Below are positions 17,585-32,000 of a stretch of DNA of 32,000 nt, in pieces. This DNA is from Dickeya dadantii NCPPB 898 (lineage in GTDB: Bacteria > Pseudomonadota > Gammaproteobacteria > Enterobacterales > Enterobacteriaceae). Position numbers and translations under genes: made by a program. The notes below the pieces were generated by a model. It was not told the DNA's origin, ran no database searches, and saw only the letters and a program-made list of their open reading frames with translations. Location: NCBI RefSeq assembly GCF_000406145.1, contig NZ_CM001976.1:3293206-3325205 (forward strand). The letters run 5' to 3'. Each line of letters begins with the position of its first letter. Position 1 is the stretch's first letter.

Positions 17585-17606
17585 ATGGCCGACTATTGTC
17601 GGCCAT
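17585..17606 (-). terminator. Palindrome copy 1: ATGGCCGACtattGTCGGCCAT, with its U-run only on the minus-strand side
   Basis: 9-bp perfect stem. The plus-strand context is ataaaaa-hairpin-gaggc, so on the minus strand the hairpin is followed by UUUUUUAUGG. This is a canonical terminator for leftward transcripts and lies ~385 nt beyond the NRPS stop. Confidence 0.6.
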
Positions 17607-17770
17607 GAGGCTGTTGACAAACAGCTCTGTTGTTTTGTTACAGACGAATTTATGCCAAAACAGTGGGAAATTTCGTGCGTGATAACGTCGATTTTTCCTT
17701 TGCGACGTCATCGCACGCACGACAATGAGAGACTCAAACGCCGTCTCTCCTTGACCTCTGGCTGGTGGCT

Positions 17771-17906
17771 AAACTGTGCCGCTACGCGGTTCCTTCGGCA
17801 TTCGCCTCCGCTGTTCGGACCGCCCGTGGCGTGTTCCCAACACGGCACGGGCTTGCGCGGCTTCCCTGCCGCGCATCCGGCGAAGTCGCTTGCCTCAGCA
17901 CAGTTT
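17771..17906. other. 136-bp compound hairpin element (candidate structured RNA or REP/BIME-like element)
   Basis: The outer arms AAACTGTGC (17771-17779) and GCACAGTTT (17898-17906) are perfectly complementary. Inside are a 13-bp stem, 12 of 13 paired (17823-17851: cccgtggcgtgtt-ccc-aacacggcacggg), and a 7-bp stem (17855-17874: gcgcggc-ttccct-gccgcgc). The element runs into a T5 tract on the plus strand. The listed ORFs overlapping it have implausible composition. Confidence 0.45.
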
Positions 17907-17958
17907 TTGACGCCAGAAAAAGCTTAACCTCACACTTAACGAGTTTTTCAGCTGTCTG

Positions 17959-17982
17959 AATGGCCGACTATCGTCGGCCATT
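17959..17982 (+). terminator. Palindrome copy 2: AATGGCCGACtatcGTCGGCCATT, with its T-run only on the plus-strand side
   Basis: 10-bp stem followed by ttttccc on the plus strand. This would terminate rightward (fepC-derived or internal) transcripts. On the minus strand it starts 8 nt after the NRPS stop codon but has no U-run. It is a 23-bp direct repeat of copy 1 with one mismatch (17584-17606 vs 17959-17981). Confidence 0.55.
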
Positions 17983-17989
17983 TTCCCGA

Positions 17990-26611
<8,622 letters not shown>

Positions 26612-26662
26612 GTTGTTTTCCTTACTCCATCAACGGAAACATTCCTGACTGGGGAACGCCGG

Positions 26663-26881
26663 TTAGGCTTCAGTGGTCCGCAGACTGGCCGGGCGCATGT
26701 CTTGCCAGTGGGTTTCGGTGTAGGCGATGCACGCCTCGCGAGGCTGCGGCCCGTAGACCGCACGCCAACCCGCCGGCACCGCGGCGAACTCCGGCCACAG
26801 GCTGTATTGCTGTTGTTCGTTGACCAGTACCAGAAATGCCAGACGATCATCGTCAAACGGATTCAGTTGTTCCTGACTCAT
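26663..26881 (-). CDS. ybdZ: MbtH-like protein (YbdZ family), NRPS adenylation-domain partner
   Basis: 72 aa with the MbtH signature NPFDD....F.VLVN...QYSLWP......PAGW. It lies immediately upstream of the NRPS (51-bp gap). Confidence 0.9.
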   Translation of the reverse strand: MSQEQLNPFDDDRLAFLVLVNEQQQYSLWPEFAAVPAGWRAVYGPQPREACIAYTETHWQDMRPASLRTTEA

Positions 26882-26991
26882 TGTTGTTACCTCATGTTAT
26901 TGGGCTGCCCGCCGCCTGCATGGCGCCGGCAGCCAATCATTCTTGGCTGTGTGTGACAGCAGATGGTGACCGTTTGATCACCGGGCGCCGT

Positions 26992-28299
26992 CTAATCCCG
27001 AGACGCTGCCCGTGGGTCATCGCCATTCAGCAACCAGCGGAAGCCGTCAATCAACCCGCCACGCCAGCACAGGGTGTCATGCCCGCCGGCATACACGCGC
27101 TGGTGAACCTGATGCCCGGCGGCGACCAGTGCCTCATGCATCTGTTGATTGACGAAGGCGATGTCGGCTTCGCGCCGCCCGGCTTCCTGAAAAATCACCA
27201 GCGGCGACGCCGTCCGGCCGCCTTGCCGCACCTCGGTGACCAGCACGCCGGGTTCCAGCGTGTCGCGCTGGTCGAAATCGGTGATGAATTGCAGATTCGG
27301 CCACCAGAAAGAGCCGGACTGGGTTAATACGCGGCCAAAGCGCTGCGGCCAGTGCAGGCCGGCGTACAGCGCCGCCAGTCCGCCGTAACTCTGGCCGGAC
27401 ACCACGGTGCGGTCCGGGTCGTCGCTGAACGGCGCCAGGCGCGCCGCCTGCGGCAGTAATTCATCCTGCACCGCCAGCCAGAACGCGGCATCGCACGGCA
27501 GTTCCCGGCAGCGGGTTTCCCCATCAATAGCGTCAATAAACAGCCAAACGGCAGGCGGCAGATGACCCGCTGCGGTTTCCGCTTCCAGCGCGGCAAACAG
27601 CGGCGTTTCTTCGGCCCATTTCTGCCCGTCCAGCACAATGCATAACGGCCGCTGCGCCGGTTCATCACTGATGCCGGTGGTGTACAGCCAGATACGGCGC
27701 TGGTTGTCGAGCTGTTCGCTCTTCCAGTCCAATACCGTCAGTCGGGCGGCGTCCGGCGGCAACGCCGTACCGTTGTCCACCGCGCGCCAGGCCTGCTGCG
27801 ACGGCGCCGCCGGCATATGCGCAGCCGAGAGTTGCTCTCCCCACGATGAGTCACGGTTGAGCGGATCGGCAATCGCGCACGGAAACAGCGAACACCACCA
27901 CTCCAACTGCTGTTCATCACGCAGTTGCTCATCGTCGCTAAACACCGGCGGCAGTTGCGCCGCTACAATGGGAATCAGCGAGTAGCTGCCGCGCCAGTCA
28001 TGCTCGATGGCCATCGACCAGTGCCAGACATCGGTGCCGGGCAGCCGTTCCAGACTCTGCGGGTCGGTGCTGTGGTGATCGGTCACGCCGTTGATATCGG
28101 CATACACCCGCCGGATGGCGGAATACCGTTCGTCGCCGTCCGGATCGCGCCAGAGAAACGTCATCCGCACCCGTCCGCTATCCTGTGCTTCCACCAGTGG
28201 CGTCCCCAATCTGGCGACCTGTTGCCACCAGGCCTCTTCTCCTGCCTGAGGCGATGACAAAAGTGTTGCGACGAAACCTGACGGCTGTGCTGCCGGCAT
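26992..28299 (-). CDS. cbsH: Ferric-catecholate siderophore esterase (Fes family)
   Basis: Fes-like C-terminal esterase domain with GQSYGGLAALYAGLHWPQRFGRVLTQSGSFWWP (nucleophile elbow GxSxG) and GGHD.LCWRGGL. The start is ATG 28299 with GGAGG 5 nt upstream; the listed ORF adds one TTG codon. The symbol follows the Dickeya nomenclature and is recalled from memory. Confidence 0.88.
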   Translation of the reverse strand: MPAAQPSGFVATLLSSPQAGEEAWWQQVARLGTPLVEAQDSGRVRMTFLWRDPDGDERYSAIRRVYADINGVTDHHSTDPQSLERLPGTDVWHWSMAIEHDWRGSYSLIPIVAAQLPPVFSDDEQLRDEQQLEWWCSLFPCAIADPLNRDSSWGEQLSAAHMPAAPSQQAWRAVDNGTALPPDAARLTVLDWKSEQLDNQRRIWLYTTGISDEPAQRPLCIVLDGQKWAEETPLFAALEAETAAGHLPPAVWLFIDAIDGETRCRELPCDAAFWLAVQDELLPQAARLAPFSDDPDRTVVSGQSYGGLAALYAGLHWPQRFGRVLTQSGSFWWPNLQFITDFDQRDTLEPGVLVTEVRQGGRTASPLVIFQEAGRREADIAFVNQQMHEALVAAGHQVHQRVYAGGHDTLCWRGGLIDGFRWLLNGDDPRAASRD

Positions 28300-28399
28300 C
28301 AAAACCTCCCAGGGCTTTTCCCTTTACGTTTTTCTTACATTTGATTAACCAAACTAATGTGTTGGTTAGAGGATTTACAATTCTATAGACAACATAAAT

Positions 28400-28418
28400 A
28401 ATATTGAGAACCATTTAC
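28400..28418. promoter_or_regulatory. Fur-box-like site in the bidirectional esterase/receptor promoter region
   Basis: aatattgagaaccatttac matches 13/19 positions of the Fur consensus, ~100 bp upstream of the esterase ATG. A second AT-rich stretch with degenerate GATAAT-like hexamers (28506-28545: gatgaa, attaat, gattga) lies closer to the receptor gene. Confidence 0.45.
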
Positions 28419-28612
28419 ATTTGCAATAAGATACAAAACCCGATTGATATCGGGATAAACAAACTCATATTCCGGTCACAAAACGCGCCACAAAAAATTA
28501 AGCTGATGAATTTAAAGTCAATTAATTGATTGAATGGGATGAATGACAAGACCGGTGGATATAAAGCCTGAAACAAACAAAAAATAAGGTCTTTCACAGG
28601 AGGGAATAACTG

Positions 28613-30817
28613 ATGCATAGCACCAGGAATAAACAATTAAAAAAATTAAAGTCTTGGCATAAAAATAAAAAAGCGATGCCGGCCGTGCTGGCTTCCACGT
28701 TGCTGATGGCGGCGCACGCACAGGCGGCCGAAACCACCGGTGCCGATACCATGATCGTGTCGGCCAACGCGGGTGAAAGCGTCACCGCGCCGCTGAAAGG
28801 CATTGTGGCGAAAGAAAGCGCCTCCGGCACCAAAACCAGCACGCCGCTGATAAAAACCCCGCAGTCGGTCACCGTGGTGACCCGCGACCAGATGGATGCG
28901 CAGGCGGTTTCCTCTGTTTCCGACGCGCTGAACTACTCCAGCGGCGTCGTGACCAACTACCGTGGCTCCTCCAACCGCAACGATGAAGTGATTGCCCGCG
29001 GCTTCCGCTACGTGCCGAAATTCCTCGACGGTCTGAGCTTTGGCCTGAGCGGCCAGGGTGCAGCGCTGGGGAAAATCGACCCCTGGCTGCTGGAACGAGT
29101 GGAACTGGTGCACGGCCCAGCCTCGGTGTTGTATGGACAGGTGAATCCCGGCGGGCTGATCAACATGACCAGCAAACGCCCGACTGCTGAAACCATCCGC
29201 AAGGTGCAGTTCAGCGCCGGCAATCAGCATCTGGGCGAAGCGGCGTTTGATTTTGGCGGCGTGCTCAACGACGACAAAACCCTGCTCTATCGTCTGGACG
29301 GTATCGCCAGCACTAAACATGAGTTTGTGAAGGATTCTAAACAAGAGCGTATCGCTGTTGCGCCATCGCTGACCTGGTTACCGAATCCCGACACCAGCTT
29401 TACCCTTCTGTCCATATACCAAAACGACCCCGAAGCAGGCTTTCGCAATTTTCTGCCTGCCTACGGTACTGCGTTTGAAACCACATCGGGTTACATCCCT
29501 TACGACCTAAATATCAGCGATCCCAACTATCACCAGTCAAAACGTGAGCTGGGATCGTTCGGTTATATCTTCGATCATTCGTTCAATGACGTGTTCTCAT
29601 TTACGCAGAACTTCCGCTATTCGCAGTTGAAAGAGAAATACAAATATTTGGTGTATACCACTGGCGGCACCGCTACCAACACCACGTTATCTCGTCGTCA
29701 GCAGCGTGAAGAAACCCAAACCGATGAAATGGGATGGGATAATCAGTTAAAAGCGAAATTCGCTACCGGCGATGTTACCCATACGGCGATTGGCGGTCTC
29801 GATTACAAATGGCAGCAAAAGGATTACGACTACTGGCGCAACGGCGGCAACCAGTACAATTTTGACTGGGCTAACCCCAGCTACGGCGGTTCCTATCTGG
29901 TGGACGACAGCCAGTTATCACTGACCCAGTCTTACAAGAAAAAACTCGATCAGGTCGGCGTCTATCTGCAAGACCAGATGGAATGGAATCAGTGGAACCT
30001 GCTGCTGTCCGGCCGTCATGACTGGAGCGAAATACGCACGTCGGACCGCACCACCAGCACCACTACACAGCAAAACGACAGCAAATTCACCGGCCGCGCC
30101 GGCCTGCTGTACGCCTTCGACAACGGTATTTCACCGTATGTCAGCTATAGCACCTCGTTCGAGCCCAACCTGGACTCCGGCGCACCGGGTACACCAGCCT
30201 TTAAACCGACTACTGGCGAGCAGAAGGAAGTAGGGGTGAAATTCCAGCCCAAAGGCAGTAATACCCTGCTGACCGTATCGCTGTTTGATATCACGCAGAA
30301 AAACATCACCTCGTACAACAGCGTGACCAGATACAACGAGCAAATCGGCAAGGTGAAATCCAAAGGGGTGGAAACCGAAGTTCACTCGCAGCTGACGCCG
30401 GAAATCAGCCTGATGGCGGCTTATTCCTATACCGACGCGGTCACCAAGGAAAGCTACACCGCCAGCCAGGTCAACAAAGCGCCGTCGGCCATTCCGCGCC
30501 ATTCCGCCTCCGCCTGGGGCAGCTACAGCTTCCACAACGGTCCGCTGAAAGGCGTCACACTCGGCACCGGCGTACGTTATCTCGGTTCTACCTACGGCGA
30601 TAACGCGGAAAGCTTCAAGGTACCGGCTTACACCCTGTACGACGCCATGGCGCGTTACGAGCTGGGTTCGCTCGCGTCGCAATTGAAGGGCGCCGCGGTG
30701 CAACTGAACGTCAACAACCTGACCGACAAGCACTATGTCGCTTCGTGCAGTGGCACCACCGCCTGCTTCTACGGCAGCGGACGCACGGTCGTCGCGACGG
30801 TCAGCTACAGCTGGTAA
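28613..30817 (+). CDS. fct: TonB-dependent outer-membrane ferric-siderophore receptor (FhuA/FhuE-like lineage; ferric-chrysobactin receptor type)
   Basis: 734 aa with AGGAGG 8 nt upstream. Long signal peptide ending AHAQA|AETT. TonB box DTMIVSA. Plug motifs ([28 protein letters not shown]). C-terminal beta-barrel ending ..[12 protein letters not shown]. The symbol follows the Dickeya nomenclature and is recalled from memory. Confidence 0.9.
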   Translation: MHSTRNKQLKKLKSWHKNKKAMPAVLASTLLMAAHAQAAETTGADTMIVSANAGESVTAPLKGIVAKESASGTKTSTPLIKTPQSVTVVTRDQMDAQAVSSVSDALNYSSGVVTNYRGSSNRNDEVIARGFRYVPKFLDGLSFGLSGQGAALGKIDPWLLERVELVHGPASVLYGQVNPGGLINMTSKRPTAETIRKVQFSAGNQHLGEAAFDFGGVLNDDKTLLYRLDGIASTKHEFVKDSKQERIAVAPSLTWLPNPDTSFTLLSIYQNDPEAGFRNFLPAYGTAFETTSGYIPYDLNISDPNYHQSKRELGSFGYIFDHSFNDVFSFTQNFRYSQLKEKYKYLVYTTGGTATNTTLSRRQQREETQTDEMGWDNQLKAKFATGDVTHTAIGGLDYKWQQKDYDYWRNGGNQYNFDWANPSYGGSYLVDDSQLSLTQSYKKKLDQVGVYLQDQMEWNQWNLLLSGRHDWSEIRTSDRTTSTTTQQNDSKFTGRAGLLYAFDNGISPYVSYSTSFEPNLDSGAPGTPAFKPTTGEQKEVGVKFQPKGSNTLLTVSLFDITQKNITSYNSVTRYNEQIGKVKSKGVETEVHSQLTPEISLMAAYSYTDAVTKESYTASQVNKAPSAIPRHSASAWGSYSFHNGPLKGVTLGTGVRYLGSTYGDNAESFKVPAYTLYDAMARYELGSLASQLKGAAVQLNVNNLTDKHYVASCSGTTACFYGSGRTVVATVSYSW

Positions 30818-30823
30818 TACGCG

Positions 30824-30847
30824 GCAGGGCGGGTTTTCCCGCCCTGC
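30824..30847 (+). terminator. GC-rich hairpin between the receptor gene and isochorismate synthase (probable partial terminator/attenuator)
   Basis: GCAGGGCGGGttttCCCGCCCTGC is a perfect 10-bp stem starting 7 nt after the receptor stop. No U-tract follows. The next gene starts 54 nt later on the same strand. Confidence 0.45.
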
Positions 30848-30900
30848 GGTGACGCCTGAGCGCCACCATTTCGTTCACTCACGACATAAGGATAAAACCC

Positions 30901-32000
30901 GTGTCAACGCTAGCAGCCACTTCGTCATCGCTGGATGCCCGCACGCTTCAGCACGATGATTTTCTGTTTCTGTCTCCCGACAACAGCCTGCATGCCCGTG
31001 GATGTTACGCCGCCCTGCCGGCGGCGGTGGCCGATGGCGGTCACCTGCAAGGCGACGTTCAGCAACAGGTAAAAGCGCTGTTTGCCCGCGCCCGACAGGA
31101 CGGCATCGCCCGACCGCTGCTGGTCGGCGCCATTCCGTTCGACAAGCGCCAGCCAGCCCGCCTGTTCGTGCCGCAACAGTCGCGCTGGTTCGCGCGCGAC
31201 ACGTTGCAACATGAGGCGCTGCCCGCAACGCCGTTAGCGGTACGCCAGATACGCGAAATACCGGAGCACGATGCGTTTTGCCAGATGGTCAGCGCCGGCG
31301 TCGCGGCTACCCGCAGCGGCGAGCTGAACAAGATCGTGCTGTCCCGCCTGCTGGATATCGATACCGACCAGCCGCTGGATTCGATCCGCCTGTTGTTGCA
31401 GCTCAACCAGCAAAACCCCTGGAGCTACAACTTCCACGTGCCGTTGGAACAGGGCGCGCTGCTGGGCGCCAGCCCGGAGTTGCTGCTGCATAAACAGGGC
31501 AATCAGATTGTGTCGCAACCATTGGCCGGTTCAGCCCGCCGCAGCGACGACCCGGTGGAAGATCAGCGCCTGCGACGCACGCTGATGGCATCGGCCAAAG
31601 ATCGCCATGAACACCGGCTGGTGACCGATGATATCCAGCGGGTGCTGGCACCGCGCTGCCGGACGCTGACCATTCCGGATACGCCGGAACTGCTGAGCAC
31701 GCCGGTGCTGTGGCATCTGGCGACTCGGGTTCAGGGCGAGGTGTTGGACACGCAGGAGAACGCCCTGTCTATCGCCTGCCTGCTGCACCCGACCCCGGCG
31801 CTGTGCGGCGTACCGTTCGAAGCCGCCAGAGATCGCATCGCCCAGTTGGAGCCGTTCGCCCGCGGGCTGTTCGGCGGCATCGTCGGCTGGTGCGACGATG
31901 AAGGCAACGGTCAATGGGTGGTAACCATTCGCTGCGGCGAGGTCCGGCAAAACCGGGTACGGCTGTTTGCCGGCGCCGGCATCGTGCCGGATTCTCAGCC
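30901..32000 (+). CDS. cbsC: Isochorismate synthase (EntC/DhbC type), 3'-truncated by the window edge
   Basis: This ORF is not in the track because it has no stop inside the window. GTG 30901 is preceded by AAGGA. Hand translation gives VSTLAATSSSLDARTLQHDDFLFLSP...VGAIPFD.RQP...NP.SYNFHVPL..G.LLGASPELLL.K.G......PLAGSARR...DRHEH..V......L.......P....L..TP.LWHLAT......ENAL..ACLLHPTPAL.G.P...A...I..LEPF.R.LFGGIVGWCD.EGNG.WVVTIRC......VRLFAGAGIVP, collinear with E. coli EntC as recalled. Confidence 0.9.
   Translation, partial: MSTLAATSSSLDARTLQHDDFLFLSPDNSLHARGCYAALPAAVADGGHLQGDVQQQVKALFARARQDGIARPLLVGAIPFDKRQPARLFVPQQSRWFARDTLQHEALPATPLAVRQIREIPEHDAFCQMVSAGVAATRSGELNKIVLSRLLDIDTDQPLDSIRLLLQLNQQNPWSYNFHVPLEQGALLGASPELLLHKQGNQIVSQPLAGSARRSDDPVEDQRLRRTLMASAKDRHEHRLVTDDIQRVLAPRCRTLTIPDTPELLSTPVLWHLATRVQGEVLDTQENALSIACLLHPTPALCGVPFEAARDRIAQLEPFARGLFGGIVGWCDDEGNGQWVVTIRCGEVRQNRVRLFAGAGIVPDSQ

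Noticed and set aside
16734-17720. 328-aa minus-strand ORF covering fepC
   Set aside because: It is antisense to a CDS with perfect Walker A/B and ABC signature motifs. Its own translation is Arg/Gln/His-rich and has no recognisable domain.
17607-17958. Idea that the insert between the duplicated palindromes is an IS, a MITE or a group II intron fragment (a GTGCG pentamer occurs at 17675-17679)
   Set aside because: There is no transposase or reverse-transcriptase ORF, no terminal inverted repeats at the insert ends, and no recognisable domain V-like helix. At 352 bp it is also far too short for an intron. The origin remains open, so it is reported only as a structural observation.

Overview
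This looks like a chromosomal window from a soft-rot enterobacterium, most likely Dickeya. That is an inference from gene content, not a search result: an NLP toxin with the GHRHDWE motif, AvrXca/Svx/AvrL-type proteins, and a chrysobactin-type locus laid out as fct-cbsC / cbsH-ybdZ-cbsF. The first ~4.6 kb is conserved core: the 3' part of fadL, mqo, mlaA/vacJ and tRNA-Arg(CCU). The fadL-mlaA-argW order matches what I recall for E. coli. From the tRNA to ~11.9 kb lies an accessory, partly AT-rich block of exported proteins. It holds a four-cysteine NLP necrosis toxin, an e(P4)-family lipoprotein acid phosphatase, and two tandem paralogues of a signal-peptide HExxH metalloprotease fused to a C-terminal beta-helix-like domain. 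The distal paralogue is split by a 1-nt indel in an A7 run. From 11.9 kb to the window end is a complete catecholate siderophore locus. It comprises a fepB-like lipoprotein binding protein, the entS exporter, fepD/fepG/fepC, a 2873-aa bimodular NRPS (C-A-T-E-C-A-T-TE), an MbtH-like protein, a Fes-type esterase, a TonB-dependent receptor and the start of isochorismate synthase. Fur-box-like operators sit at three promoter regions. I found no multi-gene cluster of unknown function, and no CRISPR array, IS element or prophage genes. The least explained signals are these: (1) a duplicated terminator palindrome bracketing a ~350-bp hairpin-rich insert between convergent fepC and the NRPS; (2) three unrelated short tandem repeats inside the siderophore locus (17 bp x3 intergenic, 15 bp x3 at the fepG start, 21 bp x2 inside the NRPS); (3) the split/duplicated metalloprotease pair; (4) a ~1-kb AT-rich gene-poor spacer upstream of the NLP gene. 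All homology statements rest on motif recognition from memory; no database search was possible.
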